Source of the DNA: Bdellovibrionales bacterium
GTDB lineage: Bacteria; Bdellovibrionota; Bdellovibrionia; Bdellovibrionales; JAUICD01
Assembly (NCBI GenBank): GCA_965262715.1
Contig: OZ253553.1
Coordinates: 1,024,001 to 1,088,000 of the forward strand
Length of the DNA: 64,000 nt
Direction of reading: 5' to 3'
Both the position numbers and the translations under genes were made by a program. This document shows positions 26,235 through 35,732 of the stretch, in pieces. Below the pieces are notes generated by a model that did not search any database, was not told where the DNA came from, and saw only the letters and a list, made by a program, of their open reading frames with translations. Numbering within the stretch: position 1 is the stretch's first letter; each line of letters begins with the position of its first letter.

Positions 26235-26393
26235 TCATCTTTTTTTAACTCCTGCTAGTTTTAACAATTTCCTTTCTAATCCTTTACCTAAAGACCTATT
26301 CCCATGAATAGGAATTGAAATTGTTTGCCTTCTCTTTTCCACGATATGATGACTTCCACTAATTCTTGAGAGTTCCCATCCATGCTGTTTCAA
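26235..26393 (-). pseudogene. hicA: HicA toxin, 5-prime truncated
   Basis: LKQHGWELSRISGSHHIVEKRRQTISIPIHGNRSLGKGLERKLLKLAGVKKR*; stop overlaps hicB ATG; N-terminus replaced by ankyrin remnant. Confidence 0.8.
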
Positions 26394-26833
26394 ATGGAAA
26401 CTTGGAACAGGTAAAAGTTTTAATTGCCTCTGGTGTTAATGTAGACCTCCTGATCAAAAATGCTGATACGGCTTTAATTGTAGCAAGCCGAGAAGGTCAT
26501 TTAGAAATAGTAAAATTTCTAATTGCTGCAGGAGTTGACATAGATAGAGATTTAGGAAGTGAGACAGCCCTAATAGCTGCAAGCTGAAGGTCACTTAGAA
26601 AAATAGTAAGAACTTTAATACCTGCTGGGGCTGATGTCAATATTGAAAGTGCAGCATCTGAAACAGCCTTAACTTTGGCAAGTTGGAGAGGCGACTTAGA
26701 GGTAGTAAAAGCTTTAATATCTGCCGGAGCTGATTTAAATATTAAATCTGATTTTGGCTCAGCTTTAACTGTGACAATTAAGGCAGATTACTTAGATATA
26801 GTAAGAGTTTTGAAGAACGCTGGAGCAAAATAA
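26381..26833 (+). pseudogene. ankyrin-repeat protein remnant
   Basis: TALIVASREGHLEIVKFLIAAGVD repeats; internal TGA and frameshift; ends KNAGAK*. Confidence 0.85.
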
Positions 26834-26940
26834 GTTCAATTACAAGAAAATAAAACGAGCAAAAAATCTTATTAGAATTCAAGTCAAATCTAAATGAGAT
26901 GTATTATTTCTTATTAACTTATGTGTCTACTTGGCGTATC

Positions 26941-27225
26941 ATGAAAAGACATAGATGTGGTCAAAACCTCAAATAAGGTTTGGTAGAAGTTAAATAAACT
27001 TCCAAAATATATTGAGCTGCACTTTGAGAGGTGGGCAGAAGCAGTTGAACTAGAAGGTATTTATAAAGTCAGAATGATAAAAGGCTATCATGATGAATCT
27101 CTAAAAGGTCAAAGAAAAAGGCATCAGTTAGGATTTCAAAAGGATACTGGATTATATATCGTGAAGAAAAGAGCATAAATAAAAATATTATTTTTATTTA
27201 GGAGATCAATAAACATGACTACTAA
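26941..27225 (+). pseudogene. HigB/RelE-like toxin with nonsense and frameshift lesions
   Basis: VW*KLNKLPKYI...W...VELEG...IKGYHDESLKGQRK..SVRISKGYWIIY...I*EINKHDY*. Confidence 0.8.
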
Positions 27226-27532
27226 AAAAAAATATTATCATCTTAAAAAACTTAAAGGAAAAATTGAAAAAGAAAGAGGTCCTATTACCTTTGGAAAAAC
27301 TTTTGAAGCATTTAGAAAGTGTGAAGAGATGACACAAAAAGAGCTTGCAAAAGTTCTTGGCATATCTGTTTCAAGTCTTTGTGATCTGGAAAAAGGCAGG
27401 AAAATCCCTTCCCCAAAAAGAGCCTATGAAATGGCACTGACTTTAAACATGTGTACTTCTTTATGGGTTCAAACTGCTATTCAAGATAAATTAAGACAAC
27501 AAAATATCAATTTAGTTGTTTCCGTTGCCTAA
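27215..27532 (+). CDS. XRE-family HTH antitoxin (HigA-like)
   Basis: MTQKELAKVLGISVSSLCDLEKGRKIPS; GGAG RBS; overlaps toxin end. Confidence 0.85.
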   Translation: MTTKKKYYHLKKLKGKIEKERGPITFGKTFEAFRKCEEMTQKELAKVLGISVSSLCDLEKGRKIPSPKRAYEMALTLNMCTSLWVQTAIQDKLRQQNINLVVSVA

Positions 27533-27557
27533 CTTTAAAAACATAACCATAAAATAG

Positions 27558-27980
27558 CTATGAAATCTTTAAGATACTTGAAGTCTTAGGATTGATTGCT
27601 GTTAAAAGTTCATCAAATTTTTTAAGCGTAGGAATATTCTTTCCATTTTCATATCTTCCATAGGCATTAGGTGAAGTTTGCCCTAATCTCATAGTGACAT
27701 CTTTTATTGTAAGCCCCATTTCTATTCTTTTTTGCTTTAAAATTAATGCTAAAATAGGTCCGACATGATTAGGAATAATAAAAAAAGAAATACTATCAAT
27801 AGGCTCAATGTCTACTCTAAAACTAGAGTCAAAATCAACAACAACAAGTTCAATAGCTTCTTTGATCATCTCATAAGCTTCTTTTTTAGTTTTTCCCTGA
27901 GTAAAAACACCGACTTCTGGAAAAGAAATACCCCAATACCTTTCACCCTTTTCTTTGATAAGCTTGCCTTCAAATTTCAT
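27558..27980 (-). CDS. hicB: HicB-family antitoxin with C-terminal HTH
   Basis: FPEVGVFTQGKTKKEAYEMIKEAI plus XRE HTH. Confidence 0.88.
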   Translation of the reverse strand: MKFEGKLIKEKGERYWGISFPEVGVFTQGKTKKEAYEMIKEAIELVVVDFDSSFRVDIEPIDSISFFIIPNHVGPILALILKQKRIEMGLTIKDVTMRLGQTSPNAYGRYENGKNIPTLKKFDELLTAINPKTSSILKIS

Positions 27981-28165
27981 TTATTTTGTCCTTTTATTTT
28001 TTTTGCTTGATTAATAATTGCTTTAGCTGTTCCTTCTCGAATTTCTCTGTGTCTGGGAATTGGAATCCTATGACCTTCTTTACTCCATATTTCATGATTT
28101 CCTCCTTCTCTTTTAAATTCCCAGCCTAAGTTTTGAAGGAGCTTTTCTAGATGCTTTTTCTTCAT
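27977..28165 (-). CDS. hicA: HicA toxin (intact)
   Basis: GWEFKREGGNHEIW...IPIPRHREI. Confidence 0.88.
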   Translation of the reverse strand: MKKKHLEKLLQNLGWEFKREGGNHEIWSKEGHRIPIPRHREIREGTAKAIINQAKKIKGQNK

Positions 28166-28170
28166 ATTTT

Positions 28171-28200
28171 AATATACACAATATTGTGTAATTATGTCAA
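28171..28200 (-). promoter_or_regulatory. hicAB promoter with palindromic operator
   Basis: TTGACA-18nt-TATATT on minus strand; perfect 16-bp palindrome TACACAATATTGTGTA at 28175-28190. Confidence 0.7.
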
Positions 28201-28259
28201 ACAATATCTCTAAAAATAACAAACTTTTTTAATCTTCTTCATTTTCTATCCTTTATTAG

Positions 28260-29216
28260 GTGGATTCAAGTCGTAAGTGCAATTTCTTTTAAAGTTGTTT
28301 AAAGCGGGTTAGAGGAATACTCTAATCAATAGCTTTAAATAACGAAAGGAGTATTCCATGAGTTACACTCATCTAACCCAAGTTGAGAGATATCAGATTT
28401 CAGTTCTTTTGAGAAGTGGAAAATCAATAAGAGCAATTTCAAAGCAGTTAGGTCGAGATAAAAGCACCTTATATAGGGAAGTGAACCGTAAAAGGTTTTC
28501 GAGGCTATCGCCCTCAACAAGCCCATGAGAAGGCATTATATCGTCTGCAAAATTCTCATAGATATATAAAGATAACACAGAAAGTTATTGGTAAGATTGA
28601 AGGGTTTCTTGTTCGTGATTGGAATCCGGAACAGATTTGTGGTTATCTTCGTGAAAGATGTTTATTTGTAAGTCACGAGAGTATTTACCAGCATATTCTA
28701 AAGGATAAGAAAGTAGGAGGTTCTCTCTACAAATTTTTAAGATGTCAGAAAAAACAGAAGAAGCGATATGGTACAAGGAGATTTGATGATAGGAAAAAAT
28801 CACAAGGGAGCTTTAGTGACTCTTGTAGATAGATGCTCTAAGAAGACGAAGATCGTCAAAATAGGATCTAAGAGATCTGAAGCCATTTTTCATGCTATTT
28901 CTAAAGCTCTTAAAGGAGAGATTGTTCGTACAATGACTTTGGATAATGGTAAAGAGTTTTCATGTCATGAGAAGATCAGTGAATATACCGGTTGTAAAGT
29001 TTATTTTGCACATCCTTACAGTTCTTATGAGCGAGGTTTAAATGAGAACACAAATGGTTTAATCCGTCAGTATTTTCCAAAAAAGACAGATTTCAGAAAG
29101 ATCACTCAAAAGGATGTAAAAAGAGTTGAAGTTCTTTTAAACCATCGTCCTCGAAAGAGTTTAGGATTTCTAAGTCCTAAAATACAAAAGGAGTTGCACT
29201 TGCGATTTGAAGTTAC
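28260..29216 (+). mobile_element. decayed IS30-family element with frameshifted transposase
   Basis: IRs GTGGATTCAAGTCGTAAGTGCAA / TTGCACTTGCGATTTGAAGTTAC; fragments MSYTHLT..ERYQI, TLDNGKEF, ERGLNENTNGLIRQYFPK. Confidence 0.88.
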
Positions 29217-29418
29217 GTCATAATAGATTGTTACCGAAGCTTGGTAATGTTATTTTGATTTTCGGATTGGTTGCCTGCTGCCTATGGAAGAAGCTTGCCA
29301 TAACCTATATAACTATATTATTGATCATTTTCAGATTAATTAAGATATTTTTATATAAGGCAAGGTAAATTCAAATAATAGACCCAGCATTTTTAAGACT
29401 AATTCTAGAAAAAGAACA

Positions 29419-30405
29419 TTAAAACTTCATAAGAAGGCTACCATAAGTTAACCCTGCGCCAAATGTAGTCATTAAAACCATTTGCCCTCTTTGAATTTGA
29501 TTTTTTAAAACAGCCTCATCCAGCGCAATAGGTATACTACCTGCTGATGTATTTCCTGTTTTATCAATATTGGTAATGACTTTTTCCCTAGGGAAAGCTA
29601 GTTGTTTAGCAACAGATTCTATAATCCTGATATTAGCTTGGTGAGGAATAAACCAATGGATATCTAAAATAGAGAGATTTGCCTGCTTTAAAACTTTTAT
29701 ACAAGAGTCTGTCATGCTTCGTACAGCATTTTTAAAAATATCTCTGCCATGCATGCGTAAATGATGTTTTTCTTTTTCTAATACTTCGTGTGTGATAGGA
29801 AGGCGACTGCCTCCAGCAGGAAGAATGAGCAGTTGAGATAAATCACCATCCGATGCGACATGGTGATTGAGAATTTGAGAATCTTCTGATGATGCTCTTG
29901 AGAGAATAACTGCACCAGCCCCATCTCCAAATAAAATAGATGTCTGCCTGTCTTTGAAGTGAAGCATCCTAGATATCACATCTGCTCCAACAACTAAAAT
30001 ATTTCGATGAAGACCTGTTTTTATAAATTGGTCTGCTACAACCAGGGCATATAAAAATCCAGAGCATGCAGCTAAAAGATCAAATGCCATTACATGTCGT
30101 GTCTTTAGTCGAGATTGGAGCAAACAAGCTGTAGTCGGTAAAAAATGGTCAGGAGTGCTCGTAGCCACAAGAATAAGGTCAATATCAGTGGCAGACTTAT
30201 CAGCTGCCTTTAAAGCTTTAATAGAAGCTTCATATGCCATATCACTGGTGGCCTCATGATCTGCTACAATATGCCGTGATTTGATACCAGTACGCTCTGT
30301 AATCCATTCATCGGTTGTATCAATAAGTTTTTCTAAATCTTTATTTGTTAAAATTTTTTGAGGCAAATAAGAGCCAGTGCCAGAAATATAAGAGTTATAC
30401 AACAT
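29419..30405 (-). CDS. fabH: 3-oxoacyl-ACP synthase III
   Basis: AACSGF, FGDGAGA, PHQANIRI, GNTSAGS. Confidence 0.95.
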   Translation of the reverse strand: MLYNSYISGTGSYLPQKILTNKDLEKLIDTTDEWITERTGIKSRHIVADHEATSDMAYEASIKALKAADKSATDIDLILVATSTPDHFLPTTACLLQSRLKTRHVMAFDLLAACSGFLYALVVADQFIKTGLHRNILVVGADVISRMLHFKDRQTSILFGDGAGAVILSRASSEDSQILNHHVASDGDLSQLLILPAGGSRLPITHEVLEKEKHHLRMHGRDIFKNAVRSMTDSCIKVLKQANLSILDIHWFIPHQANIRIIESVAKQLAFPREKVITNIDKTGNTSAGSIPIALDEAVLKNQIQRGQMVLMTTFGAGLTYGSLLMKF

Positions 30406-30411
30406 AAAAAA

Positions 30412-30636
30412 TCAGTTTTGGCTTTGATCTTGTTCTTGCTTTTTCTTAGCTCTGGATACTTTAATCATTTCAGGGTAAAAGCGATCTTTATAAAAGCCAC
30501 AATTGCTGCAAAAATGATGCGGTTTGATGGCCATACCACAATTTTTACACGTGGCAAAGACCATGCCTTTGATGGCATCATGAGAACGTCTCATCCCTCT
30601 TTTAGATCTAGTGGTTTTACTGGTTGGTTCTGCCAT
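30412..30636 (-). CDS. rpmF: 50S ribosomal protein L32 (4-Cys zinc type, extended C-terminus)
   Basis: RSKRGMRRSH, CKNCG...HHFCSNCGFY. Confidence 0.93.
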   Translation of the reverse strand: MAEPTSKTTRSKRGMRRSHDAIKGMVFATCKNCGMAIKPHHFCSNCGFYKDRFYPEMIKVSRAKKKQEQDQSQN

Positions 30637-30643
30637 AATATAT

Positions 30644-31189
30644 CTATATCCTTTCTTGAGATGGTTCTTTTAACATAACTAATTTTTTAAGTACAGAAAA
30701 AGGACTCTTGCCCTTATTTTTTCTCGATCGACAAGAACACTTTTCATAGTTTAGATTATTTCCACAACTATGGCAAAGACCATGGCAGTCTTTTTGACAT
30801 AGAATTTGAAAATCTGTAGCTAAAACTAAAACTTCGTGTAAAAAATGACTTAAAGAAAATTTAAGACTCATTAAAGGAAAAACAGAAATATCAGAAGATA
30901 TACCAGAAAGCCTCAATGCATCCATAGCCCTACCTTTTAAATAAAGATCATGAAACTTTTCAGAAAAAGACTTTCTAAAATGGCTTAAACAAAAAGAGCA
31001 TTCTAGTTCTCGAGTACCTGTAATGCTCCCATAAAGTTCATAACCTTGATCAATTGGTATGATGTTTACCTCAGCCTCAAAAGGGTGGGATGTTAAAATA
31101 TCTTTAAGAGCCTTTGCCATCTTACGATCTGTTTGATTGACCCTTAATAAAAGGCCCTCTACCGGAATGTCACTAAGCTTTATAATCAT
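30644..31189 (-). CDS. yceD: YceD/DUF177 family protein
   Basis: CSFCL, LCQKDCHGLCHSCGNNLN..CSC, SPFSVLK; upstream of rpmF. Confidence 0.88.
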   Translation of the reverse strand: MIIKLSDIPVEGLLLRVNQTDRKMAKALKDILTSHPFEAEVNIIPIDQGYELYGSITGTRELECSFCLSHFRKSFSEKFHDLYLKGRAMDALRLSGISSDISVFPLMSLKFSLSHFLHEVLVLATDFQILCQKDCHGLCHSCGNNLNYEKCSCRSRKNKGKSPFSVLKKLVMLKEPSQERI

Positions 31190-31345
31190 AATATGTCCTA
31201 TTTAAACCATAAGGGTGTTTTTAGACATTTCTCATAGATATAATACTTCAGGACATTAAAATCAAGGGTTCTAACACATCATGTATATCTGCCAATTATT
31301 AATGAATTACAAGATGTTATCATCATCTAGCTTGTAATATAAAGA

Positions 31346-32083
31346 CTATTTTCTTGAAAAAAAATGACCAATAATGGCCTCTTGAGCTTTGAAAAGTATA
31401 TCTATAGAATCACTTACGGCCTGTGTCATTGACATGAGATGTTCATGAGAAAAAGGTCTGCCTTCGGCAGTTCCTTGAATTTCTACAAATTGTTTAGAAC
31501 CTGTCATAACAATATTCATATCTGTTTCAATACTGCTGTCCTCTTCATAATTCAAGTCCAAAAGAACTTCATTTTTTGAGAGCCCTATACTTAAAGCTGC
31601 TAAGTAATCTTTTAATGGTAGAGATGATATTGTTTGATTTTCAACAAGAGACTGAAGAGCTAAAGCTAACGCGACAAATCCTCCCGTAATAGCAGCTGTT
31701 CTTGTACCACCATCTGCTTGAATAACATCACAGTCGACAATAACTTGACGTTCTCCTAATGCTTTCAAGTCTGTCACTGACCTTAAGCTTCGAGCAATCA
31801 ACCGAGAAATCTCTTTTGTTCGGCCTGAAGATGCTACACCCTCTCTTTTCATACGTGTGTGTGTAGAGCGAGGTAACATACCATACTCTGCTGTCACCCA
31901 ACCTCTATTATGACTCTCAGAAGATAGCCATTTGGGTAAAGAATTTTCTACAGACGCTGTGCATAAAATTTTTGTGTGCCCAAATGAAATCTCGACCCCA
32001 CCTTCTGCATAACGTGTAGGTTTAGGCTTTATTGTGACTTCTCTTAATTGTAAATTATCTCGATGATCGTTTCTATTTTTCAT
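31346..32083 (-). CDS. rph: ribonuclease PH
   Basis: GWVTAEYGMLPRST, CDVIQADGGTRTAAITG. Confidence 0.96.
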   Translation of the reverse strand: MKNRNDHRDNLQLREVTIKPKPTRYAEGGVEISFGHTKILCTASVENSLPKWLSSESHNRGWVTAEYGMLPRSTHTRMKREGVASSGRTKEISRLIARSLRSVTDLKALGERQVIVDCDVIQADGGTRTAAITGGFVALALALQSLVENQTISSLPLKDYLAALSIGLSKNEVLLDLNYEEDSSIETDMNIVMTGSKQFVEIQGTAEGRPFSHEHLMSMTQAVSDSIDILFKAQEAIIGHFFSRK

Positions 32084-32171
32084 AAGCCTCTCTTAATTTT
32101 TCCTTTTGAGTGTAAGATATCACACAAGCAGAAACTTTAGAAATTGCATAAATAAAAAAGTTTACAAAATC

Positions 32172-33860
32172 TTATTTCATCTCTACAAATGTAAGAAGAT
32201 CTCTATCTATGGGAGTTAGTTTATAGTTAGATATATTTTTCCTTAATGCACGATATACTTTTGAATGAGCAATTAAAATCCAAGGAACCTCTTCCTTAAA
32301 AATGACTTGAGCTTCCTTGTACAATCGAATTCTTTCATCTATGTCATTTGACTGTTGAGCTTTTGTCACAAGATCATCAAAAGGCTTATGACACCAAAAG
32401 GAAGTATTTGATTGAGCTGTAACCGCTGCACAACTTAAAAGAGTGTAAAGAAAGTTATCTGGATCGCCATTATCTCCTGTCCATCCTGTTTGTGCTAGAG
32501 AGTGTTCCCCTTCAGCTACTTTGTTTATATAGGTAGGCCAATCGTAAGTCACTATGTTGGCTTGAATACCTACTCTTGCTAAATCAGCCTGCATCATCTC
32601 TCCTAATTTCTTACCAGAAGGAATATAAGGCCTTGCCACAGGTAGAGTCCATAGGTCTGTTTTAAACCCTTTAGGAAATCCTGCTTTTTTTAATAAGGCT
32701 TTAGCTTTTTCAATATTATAATCGTATTCCTTAATCTCATCATGATAGCCTAAAACTCCTGGAGGAATAGGATTTTTTGCAACCACTGCACTTCCTAAAT
32801 AAACAGCTTGAATATAAGCCTCTCTGTTAAAAGCATGATAAATAGCTTGACGTACTAATTTATTATCAAAGGGCTTTTTCTTTATATTTATTGCTAAATA
32901 ACCTATATTAAGTCCCGGTCCTTCTAAAAGGGTTAAATTGGTATCTCTTCTGATAGCTTCTAAGTCTGCTGGTGCAGGATATGCAATCAACTGACACTCA
33001 TTAGCCCTTAACTTTTGTAGACGCACATTAGCATCAGGTGTAATGGCAAAAATAAGTTTTTTAATATTACCTCTTTCCGAAAAATAATCCCCAAAAGCAT
33101 TAAGTCTGACAGCAGTATCTTTCTCATACTTCTCGAATACAAATGGGCCTGTCCCAATAGGCTCATGATCTATCTTGCTAGGTGTTTTTGCTTCTAATAG
33201 TTTGTCTCCATATTCTTTAGATAGAATAGCTGCAAAACCCATAGCCAAATTAGCCATAAAAGGAGCATTTGGTTTTGAAAGGATAAACTTAACTCTATGA
33301 TCATTGACTTTAACTATATCCTTAATAAGGGACTGCATATCCATAGCTTGAAAGTACTTATAAAGACCACCAATTTTATAATAAGGATGCTGAGGATCCC
33401 TTTGTCTATTGAAACTAAAGAGCACATCATCTGCATTAAACTCCCTGGTAGGAGTAAAATAAGGTGTAGTATGAAATTTCACACCTTTTCTAAGATCAAA
33501 TGTATATTCTAAACCCTTCTCGTCCACCTCCCATTTTTCTGCCAAACTTGAGATAACTTTTGTTGTACCATATTCAAAAGCAAAAAGACGATCATAAATA
33601 TGCTCAGTCACATTATGTGTAGAACCATCTGTTTCAAGTTGTGGGTTAAAACTACTAGGGCTACCTTCAGCACAAAAAACAAAAGTCCTGTCATTAACAG
33701 AAGGTTCTTCTGTTACAGATTCTGTTAATGTATCTTCTTGAGTGGGTTGCTGCCTTTTAGTACACGATACAATAAACAGAAATGCTGAGCATAGTGCAAA
33801 TAGATGAAAGATTTTTATAAATAACACTGTTGATTGCTTTTCAGATAGACAGCTCTGCAC
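32172..33860 (-). CDS. dppA: dipeptide ABC transporter substrate-binding lipoprotein, paralog 1
   Basis: FCAEGSP..FNPQ, FNADDV.FSF.RQ, PIGTGPF, GWTGDNGDPDNF. Confidence 0.9.
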   Translation of the reverse strand: MQSCLSEKQSTVLFIKIFHLFALCSAFLFIVSCTKRQQPTQEDTLTESVTEEPSVNDRTFVFCAEGSPSSFNPQLETDGSTHNVTEHIYDRLFAFEYGTTKVISSLAEKWEVDEKGLEYTFDLRKGVKFHTTPYFTPTREFNADDVLFSFNRQRDPQHPYYKIGGLYKYFQAMDMQSLIKDIVKVNDHRVKFILSKPNAPFMANLAMGFAAILSKEYGDKLLEAKTPSKIDHEPIGTGPFVFEKYEKDTAVRLNAFGDYFSERGNIKKLIFAITPDANVRLQKLRANECQLIAYPAPADLEAIRRDTNLTLLEGPGLNIGYLAINIKKKPFDNKLVRQAIYHAFNREAYIQAVYLGSAVVAKNPIPPGVLGYHDEIKEYDYNIEKAKALLKKAGFPKGFKTDLWTLPVARPYIPSGKKLGEMMQADLARVGIQANIVTYDWPTYINKVAEGEHSLAQTGWTGDNGDPDNFLYTLLSCAAVTAQSNTSFWCHKPFDDLVTKAQQSNDIDERIRLYKEAQVIFKEEVPWILIAHSKVYRALRKNISNYKLTPIDRDLLTFVEMK

Positions 33861-33952
33861 AATAATATACCTCCTATATGAACTTCAAATTTTTAACATA
33901 TTTTACTATCAAGTAATTGCCAGAAGCAAACCCTTTGTGAATAAAATAATCA

Positions 33953-35647
33953 TTATTTCATCTCTACAAATGTAAGAAGATCTCTACCTATGGGAGTTAG
34001 TTTATAGTTAGATATATTTTTCCTTAATGCGCGATATACTTTTGAATGAGCAATTAAAACCCAAGGAACCTCTTCCTTAAAAATGACTTGAGCTTCCTTG
34101 TACAATCGAATTCTTTCATCTATGTCATTTGACTGTTGAGCTTTTGTCACAAGATCATCAAAAGGCTTATGACACCAAAAGGAAGGATTTGATTGACCTG
34201 TAACCGCTGCACAACTTAAAAGAGTGTAAAGAAAGTTATCTGGATCGCCATTATCTCCTGTCCATCCTCTTTGTGCTAGAGAGTGTTCCCCTTCAGATGT
34301 TTTGTTTAGATAGGTTGGCCAATCATAAGTCACTATGTTGGCTTGAACACCTACTTTCGCTAAATCAGCCTGCATCATCTCTCCTAATTTCTTGCCAGAA
34401 GGAATATAAGGCCTTGCCACAGGTAGAGTCCATAGGTCTGTTTTAAACCCTTTAGGAAATCCTGCTTTTTTTAATAAGGCTTTAGCTTTTTCAACATTAT
34501 AATCGTATTCCTTGATCTCATCGTGATAGCCTAAAACTGTTGGAGGAATAGGATTTTTTGCAACCTCTGCATTTCCTAAGTAAACAGCCTGAATATAAGC
34601 CTCTCTGTTAAAAGCATGATAAATAGCTTGACGTACTAATTTATTATCAAAGGGCTTTTTCTTTATATTCATTGCTAAATAACCTATATTAAGCCCTGGC
34701 TTTTCTAAAAGAGTTAAATTGGTATTTCTTCTGATAGCTTCTAAGTCTGCTGGTGCAGGATATGCAATCAACTGGCACTCGTTGGCCCTTAACTTTTGTA
34801 GACGCACATTAGCATCAGGTGTAATGGCAAAAATAAGTTTTTTAATATTACCTCTTTCCGAAAAATAGTCCCCAAAAGCATTAAGTCTGACAGCAGTATC
34901 TTTCTCATACTTCTCGAATACAAATGGACCTGTCCCAATAGGCTCATGATCTATCTTGCTAGGTGTTTTTGCTTCTAATAGTTTGTCTCCATATTCTTTA
35001 GATAGAATAGCTGCAAAACCCATAGCCAAATTAGCTATAAAAGGAGCATTTGGTTTTGAAAGGATAAACTTAACTCTATGATCATTGACTTTAACTATAT
35101 CCTTAATAAGAGACTGCATATCCATAGCTTGAAAGTACCTATAAAGACCACCAATTTTATGATAAGGATGCTTAGGGTCCTTTTGCCTGTTAAAAGTGAA
35201 GAGCACATCATCTGCATTAAGCCCCCTGGTAGGGGTAAAATAAGGTGTGGTGTGAAACTTCACACCTTTTCTAAGATCAAATGTGTATTCCAAGCCCTTC
35301 TCGTCCACCTCCCATTTTTCAGCTAAGCTTGGAATAACTTTTGTTGTACCATATTCAAAAGCAAAAAGACGGTCATAAATATGCTCAGTCACATTATGTG
35401 TAGTACCATCTGTTTCAAGTTGTGGGTTAAAACTACTAGGGCTACCTTCAGCACAAAAAACAAAAGTTTTGTCATTAGCAGAAGGTTCTTCTGTTACAGA
35501 TTCTGTTAATGTATCTTCTTGAGTGGGTTGCTGCCTCTTAGTACACGATACAATAAACAGAAATGCTGAGCATAGTGCAAATAGATGAAAAGTTTTTATA
35601 AATAACACTGTTGATTGCTTTTCAGATAGACAGCTCTGCACAATCAT
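33953..35647 (-). CDS. dppA: dipeptide ABC transporter substrate-binding lipoprotein, paralog 2
   Basis: Near-identical to paralog 1, including the upstream region. Confidence 0.9.
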   Translation of the reverse strand: MIVQSCLSEKQSTVLFIKTFHLFALCSAFLFIVSCTKRQQPTQEDTLTESVTEEPSANDKTFVFCAEGSPSSFNPQLETDGTTHNVTEHIYDRLFAFEYGTTKVIPSLAEKWEVDEKGLEYTFDLRKGVKFHTTPYFTPTRGLNADDVLFTFNRQKDPKHPYHKIGGLYRYFQAMDMQSLIKDIVKVNDHRVKFILSKPNAPFIANLAMGFAAILSKEYGDKLLEAKTPSKIDHEPIGTGPFVFEKYEKDTAVRLNAFGDYFSERGNIKKLIFAITPDANVRLQKLRANECQLIAYPAPADLEAIRRNTNLTLLEKPGLNIGYLAMNIKKKPFDNKLVRQAIYHAFNREAYIQAVYLGNAEVAKNPIPPTVLGYHDEIKEYDYNVEKAKALLKKAGFPKGFKTDLWTLPVARPYIPSGKKLGEMMQADLAKVGVQANIVTYDWPTYLNKTSEGEHSLAQRGWTGDNGDPDNFLYTLLSCAAVTGQSNPSFWCHKPFDDLVTKAQQSNDIDERIRLYKEAQVIFKEEVPWVLIAHSKVYRALRKNISNYKLTPIGRDLLTFVEMK

Positions 35648-35732
35648 ATACCTCCTATATGAACTTCAAGTTTTTAACATATTTTATTATCAAGAATTGC
35701 CAGAAGCAAAACCTTTGTGAATAAAATAATTA

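Larger units (their letters stand above)
24117..26238 (-). pseudogene. hicB: HicB-HTH antitoxin split by IS1634 and frameshifted
   Basis: N-part MKYFARITKQEPGSYLVEFPELKGCLTEG (26053-26238); after a frameshift and IS removal it continues HPIEVDLQLALAIVLRKVRKAKKLSQAQIAKKLNITQQAYAKLE...DSIA* to 24117. Confidence 0.85.

Noticed and set aside
32172..35647. dppA near-duplicates as a diversity-generating retroelement TR/VR pair
   Set aside because: No reverse transcriptase; both are full genes and the differences are not adenine-specific
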